The position numbers and the translations under genes were made by a program. The notes under the pieces were generated by a model, which was not told the origin of the DNA, did not search any database, and saw only the letters and a list, made by a program, of their open reading frames with translations. A DNA stretch of 64,000 bases. Origin: Planctomycetales bacterium. GTDB taxonomy: Bacteria > 4484-113. Shown in pieces: positions 36,862-48,259 of this stretch; position 1 is the first letter of the stretch, and the number at the start of each line of letters is the position of its first letter. The DNA lies in the NCBI GenBank assembly GCA_037441675.1, contig JBBIRS010000005.1, positions 94,731 through 158,730 of the forward strand, in the 5' to 3' direction.

Positions 36862-39000
36862 ATGTTGAATTTACTGAAAAAGATTGTTCAGGTTCTTGTT
36901 CTTGTGGCTCTGAGTGGGATAACAGCGGTAAGCGTTGCTCTTGCTTATCACTACAATAAAGTTCAAGGTAATCTGGAAGGGTTGGTGAACATTGACCTTC
37001 CCCAAGGATTACAAACCACGAAGATTTACGCACGTGATTACGACCCTGAAACTGGCACTGGAACACTTCTTGCCAATCTTTACCTTGAGAACCGCGAGTA
37101 TGTGAGCTTGAAAGATGTGCCTAAGATGCTTGTTGATTCCACTCTAGCAATTGAGGACAAACGCTTTTACTTTCACAGGGGCGTTGATTTCTCAGCGAAT
37201 ATAAGAGCCATTTCAGCGATAGTAAGACGGGGTGGCGAACTTGTGCAGGGAGGAAGTACCATAACCCAGCAGTTGGCAAGAAACGTTTTTCTTCCGTATA
37301 TCAAGAGCCAAAAAACCCTTAATAGAAAGATACAGGAGATAATACTTGCAAGAGCATTGGAGAGAAAATTCTCTAAGGACGAAATTCTAGAGAACTATCT
37401 TAACAATATATTCTACGGTGCAGGCGCATATGGCGTGAAAGCGGCAGCATCAACCTATTTTGGAAAGGATCTAAGCGAGCTTAGCTTGGCGGAATGTGCG
37501 ATGATTGCGGGGTTGCCTCAAAAGCCTTCCGCACTGAATCCTTTCGTTAATCTAAAAGGAGCTATTGAAAGGCGTAATCAAGTTTTGGAGAGACTTCTAG
37601 CCATTAAGCGTTCACGTGCTTATCTAGATCTTTCTTACCTAAGCGAGGAGGAGATTCTATCAGCGATGGAGGAAGAGGTGAACTTAGTTGAGCGGGCGGA
37701 GCCAGGTGTTATGCGAGCTCCATACTTTACTAGCTGGGTGAGAGAAATCCTCTACGACAATTACGGCGAAGACCAAGTGCTTAGGCAAGGACTGATTGTA
37801 GTTACAACATTGGACTGGGATTATCAGCAGGCTGCAGAAAAAGCGGTTAAGGAAGGAATTGATAAGAATCGTGAAGCCAGGCGCGTAACCCAAGGAGCGC
37901 TCGTTTGCCTGGATGTGGATTCAGGCGAGATTCTTGCGCTTGCTGGCGGATATGATTACACCGAAAGTAAATACAACCGAGCTGTCCAAGCGGACAGGCA
38001 AGCGGGTAGCGCTTTCAAGCCTTTCGTATATGCGACTGCTTTACTTGAGGGTTTGCCTCCTTCCCTTCGACTTAGAGATTTGAAAATGACCTATGACGTT
38101 GGCGAAGGCAAGGGGTATACTCCAAAGAATTCCGATCTATCTTATCGTGGAATTGTGAATATGGTTTACGCGCTTCAGTTCTCCAGAAATGCTGCCACGA
38201 TAGATCTGATGAACCGTGTAGGTCCTCATAACGTTATCGCAACTGCCAGGAAGATGGGGATTACTTCAAAGTTGGATAGCGTCCTTTCCCTTGCGCTAGG
38301 TGTTTGTGATGTGAAGTTACTTGAAATGGTTTCTGCCTTCAATGTGATTGCGCGTGGCGGAACTTACATTGAACCTACTCCAATTCTTCGCGTTTATGAC
38401 AGAAGTGGACTTATCCTAGAAGACCATACGGATGATGCCCAAATACGGTCTCGTGAGGCATTACCAGCAGAAGTTGCTGTCAAGCTGAGAAAAATGATGG
38501 AAATGGTGATAACTGGTGGAACTGGGAGAGTTGCGCGTTTCAATAATGGCGCTGGTGTCTATCAACCTGCGGCGGGGAAGACTGGAACGACGGAAGATTT
38601 TGGTGATGCGTGGTTTATTGGTTTTACTCCAAAGATTGTCACTGGTGTTTGGGTTGGAAACGATGACTTTAGAATCAAGATGAGGCGTGTCTTCGGTGCT
38701 ACCGTTCCTGCTCCTATCTGGAAGAATTTTATGTCACAGGTTTATAAAGACCGCGAACTGGAAACATTTAGCCTACCAAAAGACGTGAAAGATGTAAGCA
38801 TTCCTTCCGCTTCCGCTCGGCCGGTATCCAGTTTGGAAGACATCCAAATTGAAGGGGATTATTATTATAAATTCTCTATTGATGTGCAAAAAGTTCTTGA
38901 GGAGGAAGCGAAAAAGGAGGAGAAAGAGAAGGCTAAGCCAGGTGAGAGTGGCGAAACTCCACCCGCTGATAATGAAGAACCTCCAGAGGTGTTTTTCTAA
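36862..39000 (+). CDS. Class A penicillin-binding protein (PBP1A family)
   Basis: EDKRFYFHRG, GGSTITQQL, SAFK, SRN, KTG motifs. Confidence 0.96.
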   Translation: MLNLLKKIVQVLVLVALSGITAVSVALAYHYNKVQGNLEGLVNIDLPQGLQTTKIYARDYDPETGTGTLLANLYLENREYVSLKDVPKMLVDSTLAIEDKRFYFHRGVDFSANIRAISAIVRRGGELVQGGSTITQQLARNVFLPYIKSQKTLNRKIQEIILARALERKFSKDEILENYLNNIFYGAGAYGVKAAASTYFGKDLSELSLAECAMIAGLPQKPSALNPFVNLKGAIERRNQVLERLLAIKRSRAYLDLSYLSEEEILSAMEEEVNLVERAEPGVMRAPYFTSWVREILYDNYGEDQVLRQGLIVVTTLDWDYQQAAEKAVKEGIDKNREARRVTQGALVCLDVDSGEILALAGGYDYTESKYNRAVQADRQAGSAFKPFVYATALLEGLPPSLRLRDLKMTYDVGEGKGYTPKNSDLSYRGIVNMVYALQFSRNAATIDLMNRVGPHNVIATARKMGITSKLDSVLSLALGVCDVKLLEMVSAFNVIARGGTYIEPTPILRVYDRSGLILEDHTDDAQIRSREALPAEVAVKLRKMMEMVITGGTGRVARFNNGAGVYQPAAGKTGTTEDFGDAWFIGFTPKIVTGVWVGNDDFRIKMRRVFGATVPAPIWKNFMSQVYKDRELETFSLPKDVKDVSIPSASARPVSSLEDIQIEGDYYYKFSIDVQKVLEEEAKKEEKEKAKPGESGETPPADNEEPPEVFF

Positions 39001-39040
39001 CACTTTTTTAGGAGAGTAATAATTTTTAGGGAGCTTGCCT

Positions 39041-39760
39041 ATGGTTGATTTAACAGGAAAAGTCGCGCTTGTAACTGGTAGCAGTCGTGGAATTGGATTA
39101 GCAATTGCTGAGGCTTTTACTGAGGAAGGGATAAAGGTTATTATCAACGGGCGCTCAACGGAACGTGTGAACAAGGTTGCAAGCCAACTTAACCGCAAAC
39201 ATCCTGATAAGGCGATACCTATACCAGCGGATTTAACTTCGAGGGAAGAAGTTGAGATGCTGGTAGACGAAGCGCTCAGAGCGTGTGGTAGAGTTGATAT
39301 TTTGGTGAACAATGCTGGAATCGGATACTTCGCCCCGGTATATGATATGGATTTTGATAGCTGGGAAAAGCTAATGCGAACCAATGTTGATGCGGTTTTC
39401 TATCTGACGAAGCTTCTCCTGCCGCAGATGATGGAGCGAAAGGATGGCTACATCATCAACATTGGCTCTCTAGCCTCCAAGAACACGTTCGCAGGCGGTT
39501 CTGCATACTGTGCCAGTAAATTTGCCCTCTTGGGCTTCTCGGAATGTCTTATGCTGGATGTTAGGGAGTATGGAATTAAGGTGAGCATCATTATGCCCGG
39601 AAGCGTTGCAACTGAGTTCTCTCATCCAATCAGTGGTGCGGATGATTGGAAACAGCGTCCTTCGGACATCGCTCAGGTTTGCGTGAATCTATTAAAAGAT
39701 AGAAAGCCATTCCTGGTATCCCGACTGGAGATGCGTCCGCTCAATCCTCCGAAAAAGTAA
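39041..39760 (+). CDS. SDR-family oxidoreductase
   Basis: TGSSRGIG, NNAG, YCASK; ATG 39041 after GGGAG. Confidence 0.93.
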   Translation: MVDLTGKVALVTGSSRGIGLAIAEAFTEEGIKVIINGRSTERVNKVASQLNRKHPDKAIPIPADLTSREEVEMLVDEALRACGRVDILVNNAGIGYFAPVYDMDFDSWEKLMRTNVDAVFYLTKLLLPQMMERKDGYIINIGSLASKNTFAGGSAYCASKFALLGFSECLMLDVREYGIKVSIIMPGSVATEFSHPISGADDWKQRPSDIAQVCVNLLKDRKPFLVSRLEMRPLNPPKK

Positions 39761-39908
39761 GCTGTTTCTTGATTGCCTTAACTTAATCTCTTGCAAGGCA
39801 CTTTAACTACTCGCATAATTTATATAAATGAGGCGAGGCTCATTTGGGTTAGTGAAGCTTTTCAGTTGTCTTATCGTGAAATAACGTTATAATAGAATTG
39901 ATGGGGTA

Positions 39909-39981
39909 GGGCCCGTAGCTCAGGGGTCAGAGCAGGTGACTCATAATCACTTGGTCGCAGGTTCGAATCCTGCCGGGCCCA
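39909..39981 (+). tRNA. tRNA with CAT anticodon, probably tRNA-Ile2 (lysidine) rather than Met
   Basis: GGGCCCGTAGCTCAGGGGTCAGAGCAGGTGACTCATAATCACTTGGTCGCAGGTTCGAATCCTGCCGGGCCCA; paired 1:72 excludes initiator; acceptor stem resembles Ile2. Confidence 0.9.
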
Positions 39982-40061
39982 AGGCAATAGCCTTTTCATA
40001 AGAATATTCATCCGCAAGCTCTAATGCTGATTATAATAATTTGAATTATAATTGAATCAGT

Positions 40062-40135
40062 GGGCGCGTAGCTCAGATGGTTAGAGCGTCTGGTTTACAC
40101 CCAGAAGGTCAGCGGTTCAAATCCGTTCGCGCCCA
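40062..40135 (+). tRNA. tRNA-Val(TAC)
   Basis: GGGCGCGTAGCTCAGATGGTTAGAGCGTCTGGTTTACACCCAGAAGGTCAGCGGTTCAAATCCGTTCGCGCCCA. Confidence 0.96.
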
Positions 40136-40294
40136 TTTGATTCGCTTGATAATAGCTACTGTTTTTTTGGTGTTTTCCCTTTATCCCGCCTTAATGTCCA
40201 GTGGAAAAGCCATAATTGATGGACATTTTCGCCAAATAAGCACGAATACTTACTCACAGGTACTCAAATAGATTCCTATTACCTGAAAGGCTTC

Positions 40295-41281
40295 TTACCT
40301 ACCTCTGCTCATTACGGTGGGAAAGCCACCACCAATTGGGATGTAGGATTTTAGGCTATCCGAGTAGATTTTTCCAGAGGTAACAATCTGGGTTTGGGGA
40401 TAAGTAACAGGCACGGTTACCTCAACAAGCCCAGTCTTACCAATTACCTTTGATTTGATAACCGTTGCCTCACGAGAAGTTAGCTTGGCTTTAATCCCGT
40501 CAATTCCCTTATCAAGTAGCTTCGCCTCAATTTTAATGACCGCGCCCTGTTCTTGACTGATTTCAACCTTTAGTGGAACTACCTCTTCGCTGGAACCAAG
40601 TTCACCGGAGGGCTTTATGTATCTCATATTTGCCTTTAGTATGAGGTGTAAGGTACCGGGTTTTACATCGGCTAATGTCAGTTGAAACTGCAGAATTTCG
40701 CCCATTGGGCTAGTTTTCGGTTTTAGTTCAATTTTAGGTGGCAAAAAGGATTTATTCTTTTCTACAACTTTGCGCAGAATAGCTAGTCCTTCCTCACCAA
40801 ATAAACCTCTTAGAACAACCACCCCCTTCGGATTGATGAGCAAGCTAGTTGGTGTTTCCAAAACATTCCAAGTAGCGCTCACGGTTCTAGTATTCTCCAC
40901 ACTGAGAGGTATTACAGGAAAGGTATAACCTTCTTTTTTAGTATGCTCAATGATCTTTTCATTAGGCAGACGATTATTTATGAGAATGCTTAATATCTTG
41001 AAGTCTTTCGGCGAGCTCTTTTTGTAATATGCTTGATACCTCGCAAGTTCCACTGAACAAGCGGGACAATCAATCGCCCAAAAGATTACTAAGACAAAGT
41101 TGCCCCTCAGTTCTTCCAGGGAGTGTTTCTTTCCCAAAATGTCAGTGCCAGAAATGTTTGGAGCTATCTCTCCCAATCCTGTGCCTCTCTTTTCTGCTGA
41201 AGGAGTTGCCTCTGAAAACGCTAAGAGCAATAGTAGAAAGAGGAGTATGGCTGAGAGAATGCGAAATTTATCTTTAAACAT
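40295..41281 (-). CDS. Exported TlpA/ResA-like thiol-disulfide oxidoreductase with extra C-terminal domain
   Basis: Signal peptide, GEIAPNI, FWAIDCPAC, TPTSLLINPKG. Confidence 0.85.
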   Translation of the reverse strand: MFKDKFRILSAILLFLLLLLAFSEATPSAEKRGTGLGEIAPNISGTDILGKKHSLEELRGNFVLVIFWAIDCPACSVELARYQAYYKKSSPKDFKILSILINNRLPNEKIIEHTKKEGYTFPVIPLSVENTRTVSATWNVLETPTSLLINPKGVVVLRGLFGEEGLAILRKVVEKNKSFLPPKIELKPKTSPMGEILQFQLTLADVKPGTLHLILKANMRYIKPSGELGSSEEVVPLKVEISQEQGAVIKIEAKLLDKGIDGIKAKLTSREATVIKSKVIGKTGLVEVTVPVTYPQTQIVTSGKIYSDSLKSYIPIGGGFPTVMSRGR

Positions 41282-41466
41282 AGTGATTATTATAAAGCAA
41301 TTCAGTTACTATTGCTAATAGTAATACATTCCCATTATCTTAAAAAGCTTAGTGGTATCATACGGTAATATAACATAGGATTTATGCGAGCATAGGAAAG
41401 ATAGCCAAATAGAAACGCAAAATGATATAATTTAATTGAGACAATTTTCACAAAGGAATCTACCTA

Positions 41467-42741
41467 ATGTTTGAAGCCCTTTTTAAGACAGATCTTTCTG
41501 ACGCCGAAAAAAAAGAGATAATTAGTGCGACTATCCTTTCATACAAAGAGTATCTAAATCCAGGCTTTCTTCGGTTTAAGAAGAGCGCTGATAGCAAGGC
41601 GGTTGAGTGGAGCGCATATGGCGCAACAATGTATGACATTAACGATAGGTCATTCATTGATTGCCTAGGTGGATACGGAGTATTTTGTCTTGGCCATCGT
41701 CCAAAGGCTGTTATTGACGCTGTAATAAGAACACTAGAGCGCATTGGCATATCGTCTCAGGAACTTTTAAGTCCATACCAGTCTGCCCTAGCGATGGAGC
41801 TTGCACAAATCACGCCGGGTGACCTCAAGCATTCTTACTTTCATTCAGGCGGGGGCGAGGCAAACGATGCAGGGATAAAGCTCGCCCGTATCGCTACTGG
41901 AAGAAAAAAGCACGTTACTTTCTCAATGAGTTTTCATGGCAAAACTATGGGAGCTTTATCCGCAACCAACCGTGAGCGCATAACAAAGCCCTTTGAGCCC
42001 CTTGTCCCTGGTTTTATTGAGGTTGCTTATAACGATGTTGAAGGGGTAAGGAATGTGATGAGCGAAGAAGTTGCATCTATTATTGTTGAACCAATCCAGG
42101 GAGAGGGCGGAATAAATGTGCCTTCTGATGAGTTTCTTTTAGCCCTTCGTGACATATGCGACGAATACGGGGCATTATTACACGTTGATGAGGTTCAAAC
42201 CGGTTTCGGCAGAACCGGGAAATGGTTCGCCTGTGAGCATTCAGGCGTGGTTCCTGATATTATGACATTAGGCAAGGCGCTTGGTGGCGGGGTAATGCCC
42301 ATTGCAGCGGTTCATGCCAAGCCCGAGGTCTTCAAGCCCTTGGAGGAAAATCCATGGTATCTCTCTTGCACCTTTGGCGGAAATCCTCCCGCTTGTTCAG
42401 CTGGAATTGCTACAATTCACGAGCTAAAAAGGCTTGGGATAATTGAGGAAGTTGCAGGAAAGGGCGAGCTTTTCATAGGCTTATTGAAAGAGCTTAAGGA
42501 TGATTTCGGACATAAAATTACTGACATTCGCGGGAGAGGGCTACTTATCGGGGTTGAATTCGTAGACGAGGAGACGGGGAATACTGTAGCCAAAAAGCTC
42601 TTTGAAGCGGACGTTCTTACCGCTCATACCGCTAACAATCCAAGGGTGATTAGGATTGAGCCTCCGCTTGTGATATCAGTGGAAGAGATTCATGAAGTAG
42701 TTAGGAGGATGCGTAAGGTTCTGTCAGAACTAGATAAGTGA
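41467..42741 (+). CDS. Class III PLP aminotransferase, putrescine aminotransferase-like
   Basis: IDCLGGYG, FHGKTMGALS, EPIQGEGG, DEVQTGFGRTG, LGKALGGG. Confidence 0.88.
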   Translation: MFEALFKTDLSDAEKKEIISATILSYKEYLNPGFLRFKKSADSKAVEWSAYGATMYDINDRSFIDCLGGYGVFCLGHRPKAVIDAVIRTLERIGISSQELLSPYQSALAMELAQITPGDLKHSYFHSGGGEANDAGIKLARIATGRKKHVTFSMSFHGKTMGALSATNRERITKPFEPLVPGFIEVAYNDVEGVRNVMSEEVASIIVEPIQGEGGINVPSDEFLLALRDICDEYGALLHVDEVQTGFGRTGKWFACEHSGVVPDIMTLGKALGGGVMPIAAVHAKPEVFKPLEENPWYLSCTFGGNPPACSAGIATIHELKRLGIIEEVAGKGELFIGLLKELKDDFGHKITDIRGRGLLIGVEFVDEETGNTVAKKLFEADVLTAHTANNPRVIRIEPPLVISVEEIHEVVRRMRKVLSELDK

Positions 42742-42861
42742 GGCGAGCTAAGTTGATGATTTAGTAATTGATTTTTTAACAATCATCTTCTTAGTGGGTT
42801 TATGCATCTTCTCTTGCCTAACTCTTTTTCATAATTGTGCTAACATTCTTTTATCCCAACA

Positions 42862-43281
42862 ATGCTTAAGGTATCTCATATTGCGGTGGCGGTGAATAAT
42901 TTAGATGAGTCTGTCCAGAAGCTAGCAAACCTGCTTAATTTGCCAACTGATAGTTTTAAGCGAAGAAGAGCAGAAGAAGAGGGTGTGCTAATTGCGGAGA
43001 AAAGCTTTAACGGCGTTGAGCTGGAGCTAATTGAACCAATTGATTCTTCCTCTCCTATATACTCTTTCTTGGAAAGGAGAGGGGAAGGACTTCACCATAT
43101 CTGTTTTGAAGTTGATGATATTAAGGGTGAATTTGAGCGTCTTAAAGCAATGGGAGTAAGACTTCTATCAGAAGATGTTAACAAGATTTCTGATTATTAC
43201 TATTTCTTTATTCATCCTAAAGAAGCGAGCGGAATTTTAATAGAGTTCAAACAGTTGAACAAGGAGAAGGAATATGGCTAA
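42862..43281 (+). CDS. mce: Methylmalonyl-CoA epimerase (VOC family)
   Basis: [32 protein letters not shown]. Confidence 0.88.
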   Translation: MLKVSHIAVAVNNLDESVQKLANLLNLPTDSFKRRRAEEEGVLIAEKSFNGVELELIEPIDSSSPIYSFLERRGEGLHHICFEVDDIKGEFERLKAMGVRLLSEDVNKISDYYYFFIHPKEASGILIEFKQLNKEKEYG

Positions 43282-44911
43282 GAAGGAGAATAAACCTAAT
43301 CCAACAGCAACTTCCAAGGGAAGAGTGGTGATTAAGGAGGTTACTGCAGCCTCCACCATTGGCAGAATCCAATTGCTCAAGGAGTTGAAGGAGAAGGCAC
43401 TTGAGGGCGGTGGAGATGAAGCAATTGCAAAACAGCACGGGAAGGGGAAACTCACCGCTCGCGAACGCCTCCAGCTTTTATTGGATGAAGGTTCTTTCCA
43501 CGAGATTGACGCATTCGTGGCAAGTCCTCAGGCGAAGGTTTATGGTGATGGAGTGGTAACCGGCTATGGCACAATTGACGGAAGACGAGTTGCGGCCTAC
43601 GCGCAGGACTTTACCGTTATGGGTGGAAGTTTGGGTGAAAGACACGCAGGTAAAATTTGTAAAGTCCTTGAATTGGGAATGAAGCTTGGTATTCCGGTGA
43701 TTGGATTAAACGACTCTGGTGGTGCGCGAATTCAGGAAGGTGTAATTTCCCTTGCAGGATATGCGGATATATTCTGGCGAAATGTTCAGGCGAGCGGTGT
43801 TATTCCACAGATTTCAGCCATTATGGGTCCTTGTGCGGGTGGCGCGGTTTACTCTCCAGCCTTGAATGACTTTATCTTTATGGTGAGAAATACTTCCTTT
43901 ATGTTTCTAACGGGCCCTGATGTTATAAAAGCTGTTCTTAATGAGGATGTGACATTTGAGGAACTGGGTGGAGCTTTAACCCATAACCAAAAGAGCGGAG
44001 TTGCCCATTTTGCAGCTGAGAATGAGGTTGATTGTATCAACCAAATGAAGCGCCTTTTTTCTTACTTGCCCTCTAACAATACTGAGTTTCCACCTTATAG
44101 TCGTCCCTTGGATGAGCCCTTTCGTCGAGAGGAAAGGCTTGCGGAGATAGTCCCTGATGATCCTAATAAACCCTACGATATGAAGGAAGTAATCCGCCTG
44201 GTCATGGATACTGATAGCTTTATGGAAGTTCATGCTCTATTTGCGCCGAATATTATTATTGGCTTCGCTCGACTTAACGGACACGTTGTTGGCATTGTGG
44301 CAAATCAGCCAAAGGAGCTAGCGGGATGTCTTGATATTAACTCTTCCATTAAAGGGGCGCGGTTCATAAGATTCTGCGACTGCTTCAACATACCGATTAT
44401 TACTTTTGAGGATGTTCCCGGTTTTCTGCCAGGGACTGCACAAGAATGGGGAGGAATAATCGCCCATGGCGCGAAGTTGCTTTACGCCTATGCGGAGGCG
44501 ACAGTACCAAAACTTTTGGTCATCACACGTAAAAGTTATGGAGGGGCTTATTGTGTTATGAGCAGTAGGCACGTTCACGGCGATTTCTGTGTTGCCTGGC
44601 CAACCGCTGAAATCGCAGTTATGGGAGCGCAGGGTGCAGTTCGCATAATTCATCGCAGGGAACTTCAAAAAGCTGTGGAAGGCGTAAAAAATCCCAAAAA
44701 GGCTGAAGAACAGCTGAAGAAGGTGGAAGAACAGTTAGTAGAGGCATACAAAAAGGCTTATATGCATCCTTATCTTGCGGCGGAGCGAGGGTATATTGAT
44801 GATGTCATTGACCCAAGGGATACACGAATAAAGCTAATTTCCGCTCTGGAGATGAATCTTAGCAAGGTTGAAAACCGTCCTAGAAGAAAGCACGGCAATA
44901 TCCCATTGTAA
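43274..44911 (+). CDS. Acyl-CoA carboxylase/decarboxylase carboxyltransferase subunit (PccB/MmdA-like)
   Basis: [34 protein letters not shown]. Confidence 0.96.
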   Translation: MAKKENKPNPTATSKGRVVIKEVTAASTIGRIQLLKELKEKALEGGGDEAIAKQHGKGKLTARERLQLLLDEGSFHEIDAFVASPQAKVYGDGVVTGYGTIDGRRVAAYAQDFTVMGGSLGERHAGKICKVLELGMKLGIPVIGLNDSGGARIQEGVISLAGYADIFWRNVQASGVIPQISAIMGPCAGGAVYSPALNDFIFMVRNTSFMFLTGPDVIKAVLNEDVTFEELGGALTHNQKSGVAHFAAENEVDCINQMKRLFSYLPSNNTEFPPYSRPLDEPFRREERLAEIVPDDPNKPYDMKEVIRLVMDTDSFMEVHALFAPNIIIGFARLNGHVVGIVANQPKELAGCLDINSSIKGARFIRFCDCFNIPIITFEDVPGFLPGTAQEWGGIIAHGAKLLYAYAEATVPKLLVITRKSYGGAYCVMSSRHVHGDFCVAWPTAEIAVMGAQGAVRIIHRRELQKAVEGVKNPKKAEEQLKKVEEQLVEAYKKAYMHPYLAAERGYIDDVIDPRDTRIKLISALEMNLSKVENRPRRKHGNIPL

Positions 44912-45132
44912 GAGTTTTTGGAGATAATATCTCTGATAGTCAACTACAAACGGTTAGGAATCTGGCTTCTGCGTTACCGCATTGTAAATAAAACTAGTAT
45001 GGGTTAAATGATGGTTGTTTACTATTCCTAGAAGAAGGGAATATGACTGAAATGGATTAGTTCAGGTTCGTCCTGAAATTGTAGGAGGAAAGGCTTAGAT
45101 TTGTAATCCACGAGTTATTTATCCTAGTCTTC

Positions 45133-45816
45133 CTACTTTCCTTTTTCCTTTTTGGATTTTTCCTCAGATTTTTCCTCAGCGGGTTCTTTGGCATCAGTAT
45201 TGTTTGCCCTTGTCTCTAACAGTTGGGTGTATTTTCCCCCAAAGATTATTTCATCAACCAGCCCGTACTCCTTTGCCTCTTTGGGGTCAAAGAATCTATC
45301 CCTATCGGCGTCCTTTTTAATTTGCTCAACCGGCTTTCCAGTGTGCTTGGAGAGTATTTCATATAGCCTGTCTCTGGCTCCCAAGACTTCACGTGCATAA
45401 ATCTCCACGTCAGCGGCGGGTCCTCTAAATCCGCCACCAGCTTGATGGATCATTATTCGCGAGTTTGGAAGGCTGAAACGTTTGCCCTTGGTTCCTCCTG
45501 AGAGAATAATCGCTGCCATTGACGCGGCAAAACCCACGCAAATTGTGCTAACATCCGGCTTTATTAGCTGCATAGTATCGTAGATGGCAAGTCCATCTAT
45601 CACGCTTCCGCCTGGACTATTGATGTAAATGTCAATATCCTTGCTTGGATCTTCCTTTTCTAGAAATAAGAGTTGAGCTACGACTGCATTTGCCACTTGA
45701 TCGTCAATCTCTGTGCCTAAAAATATTATCCTATCCTTCAATAGGCGCGAATAGATGTCGTAAGCTCTTTCACCGTAAGCAGATTGCTCAATAACATAGG
45801 GGATGAAAAATGGCAT
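45133..45816 (-). CDS. clpP: ATP-dependent Clp protease proteolytic subunit
   Basis: [33 protein letters not shown]. Confidence 0.98.
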   Translation of the reverse strand: MPFFIPYVIEQSAYGERAYDIYSRLLKDRIIFLGTEIDDQVANAVVAQLLFLEKEDPSKDIDIYINSPGGSVIDGLAIYDTMQLIKPDVSTICVGFAASMAAIILSGGTKGKRFSLPNSRIMIHQAGGGFRGPAADVEIYAREVLGARDRLYEILSKHTGKPVEQIKKDADRDRFFDPKEAKEYGLVDEIIFGGKYTQLLETRANNTDAKEPAEEKSEEKSKKEKGK

Positions 45817-45882
45817 ATAAATCTCCTTTCATTATTATTCTAAAGTAAATTAAGTGTAAATTAAGCAAAATTTGCGATTCTG

Positions 45883-47202
45883 TTAATTAGCATTTTGTTC
45901 ATCCTCGTAGAAAAAGCTAACTCTTTTAGCTAGAAAGTTAGCTACCTTTTCCTGCATAATGTCACTGCTTATATCCTCAATAAATTCCTCATTTTTTAGG
46001 AGCTTGGAAATTTGCGCCTTATTAAGACCGTACCTTTGAGCTAGAAATGCGATGTAACGTGAAAGCTCCTCTTTCTGCACGATGATTTTCTCCTGCTTGG
46101 CAACTTCACGAATTAATAGTTGCTTTCTAATTCTAAGAATAGCCAATGGCTTCAATTCTTCCCGATAGCTCAGAAGCGTTTTATTTTCCTTGCTTAGCAT
46201 CTCTTCAAGGCTAGATTTTCTTTGGCGAAGTTTTCTATCCTGACTAGCAACTAGATAATCAACCTCTTCCTTGATAAGTTCCTCAGAAATTTGGACGTCC
46301 ATTCTTTGAGCAACTTGTTCTAATACCTGTGATTCCTTATACCTCTCCTCCTCTCTTTCAACTTCTGCAAGCAAAGTTTCCTCAAGGTAGCTGTCAAACT
46401 CACGCATATCCTCCATCTTAAAATGAGAGCGGACAAACTCTAGGTTAAATTCTGGAACTATTCTCTCCTGAACGCTTTTAATCTTAATGTCAAATGTTAG
46501 TTTCTTTCCTGCCACCTTTTCCAAGAAGAAGTCTTCTGGCATTGTATATTGGAACTTAATGGACTGTCCAGCTTCTGCTCCAATTAGATTCTCATCATAA
46601 CCGGGCAAGTTATCCTCTTGCCCGGTGATGTAAAAGACACCATCCTGCGCCAGCGGAGCTTCCACTTTGTTATCGGAGAAGTAAGTCTTCAAGTCGTAAA
46701 CCACCGCATCTCCCATATTTAGCTTAGTCTTTTTTTCAACATACTTGGCAAATCTCTCCTGTAATCTATTCTTATATTCCTCCTTCATTTCTCTGCTGAC
46801 TATTATTCTCTTAAGCGGGATTTTAATTGAGGAGAGGTCGGGCAAGACAACTTTGGGAATTATTGGTAAATCAAAGACGCACTCAAAGCTAGAGTTCTCA
46901 GTGGGAAGCTTGGTATCAAAAAAATCAACCGCCCTTTTTCTGAGTTCTAATTCTAAGGTGCTTAGTGATTCTCTCACTGCCCGCTCGCGTAGATTATCTC
47001 TCACTTCTTCTTCCAGCGCCTCTTGAGATACTCTTGAAAGAACGAGCCCCTTTGGAACCTTCCCTTTGCGAAATCCAGGAACGGTTATTCTTTTTGATAT
47101 TTCACGCAAAGAAGATGCAAACTCCATTGCTACTTCTTCCTTCTCAAACGTGGCTTTGATACGCGCCTTTTCGTTCTCTTTTGATAGTATTTCAAGCTTC
47201 AA
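45883..47202 (-). CDS. tig: Trigger factor
   Basis: PGFRKGKVP signature; upstream of clpP. Confidence 0.95.
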   Translation of the reverse strand: MKLEILSKENEKARIKATFEKEEVAMEFASSLREISKRITVPGFRKGKVPKGLVLSRVSQEALEEEVRDNLRERAVRESLSTLELELRKRAVDFFDTKLPTENSSFECVFDLPIIPKVVLPDLSSIKIPLKRIIVSREMKEEYKNRLQERFAKYVEKKTKLNMGDAVVYDLKTYFSDNKVEAPLAQDGVFYITGQEDNLPGYDENLIGAEAGQSIKFQYTMPEDFFLEKVAGKKLTFDIKIKSVQERIVPEFNLEFVRSHFKMEDMREFDSYLEETLLAEVEREEERYKESQVLEQVAQRMDVQISEELIKEEVDYLVASQDRKLRQRKSSLEEMLSKENKTLLSYREELKPLAILRIRKQLLIREVAKQEKIIVQKEELSRYIAFLAQRYGLNKAQISKLLKNEEFIEDISSDIMQEKVANFLAKRVSFFYEDEQNAN

Positions 47203-47458
47203 ATGTCACTCCTTATATACAACCAGACTTAATCTTAATGAACCTTAAAAGCAACAAGCATTAAAGCGTGGCTTCTAATATTATATTCTTACCTAGATAC
47301 TGATTTCTAATCCGGTTCTCGTGAAGTACTTTATAAGCTTATACCTATAGTTATGGTACTTATAAGCGAATGGTTAGGAAAGATTATTCTTTCTTATTGG
47401 TCAAGCAAAATGCTTAGGAAGTATTTTTATCAGCCTTCTATGCTAAAATCCAAGTAGG

Positions 47459-48256
47459 TTGCGCAAATATTACTCCTGTCTAAGTGTAGTTAAAAATCAA
47501 GAGTTATTGCCAAAGCTGTTCCACATTGTTTTGAAGTATGAAGGGCAGGATGAGATTAGCTGTTACCCTGGTCAATTCTTGATGCTTCGTTGCGACCCTA
47601 CAGATCCATTTACATTTATGAGACCTATGTCCATTCTTTCCTGGTCAAAGGAGACAGGCGAGCTTGAGATTCTCTTTAAGGTTGTTGGCGAGCAAACCTC
47701 AAGGCTTGCGCAAGTTGCTATTGGTCAGCCTCTACCTGCAATTTTCCCCCTGGGTAAGGCATTCTCCCTGCCTGAGGATAGTAGGAAGGTTGTGTGCATT
47801 GCTGGTGGGACCGGGATACCGCCGATACTATATCTTGCGGAAGTGCTTTCACGGAGTGGGAAGGAACCGCCGAAAGTTTTCTTTGGTGCGAGAAGCCGAG
47901 CTGAACTAATTACTGAATTTCTCAAGAGGTGGGAAGCTGAATTTATTTTCGCAACCGATGATGGAAGTTACGGATACCGCGGAACTGTTGTTGACATATT
48001 CAAGAAGGCGCTCCCGGGCTTTGGCGACGAGCGTTTTTACGCATGCGGTCCTCTTCCAATGCTAAGAGCGTTAAAGCAAGTTATGCCCGTAACCCTGCAA
48101 AGCCAATGCGAAGTAAGCCTGGAGGAGATAATGGCATGTGGAATAGGCGCTTGCTATGGATGTGCTGTGGGTTACCAAGAGATTGGCATAGATAAAATGA
48201 AGCTTGTTTGCAGGGATGGTACAGTTTTTGACATGTCAAAGGTTGTCCTTAATTAA
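47459..48256 (+). CDS. pyrK: Dihydroorotate dehydrogenase electron transfer subunit
   Basis: PGQF, RPMS, AGGTGIPP, ACGP, MACGIGACYGC...VCRDG. Confidence 0.9.
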   Translation: MRKYYSCLSVVKNQELLPKLFHIVLKYEGQDEISCYPGQFLMLRCDPTDPFTFMRPMSILSWSKETGELEILFKVVGEQTSRLAQVAIGQPLPAIFPLGKAFSLPEDSRKVVCIAGGTGIPPILYLAEVLSRSGKEPPKVFFGARSRAELITEFLKRWEAEFIFATDDGSYGYRGTVVDIFKKALPGFGDERFYACGPLPMLRALKQVMPVTLQSQCEVSLEEIMACGIGACYGCAVGYQEIGIDKMKLVCRDGTVFDMSKVVLN

Positions 48257-48259
48257 CTT

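Noticed and set aside
38773..39384. 203-aa minus-strand ORF
   Set aside because: Antisense to the SDR and PBP genes; typical SDR shadow frame
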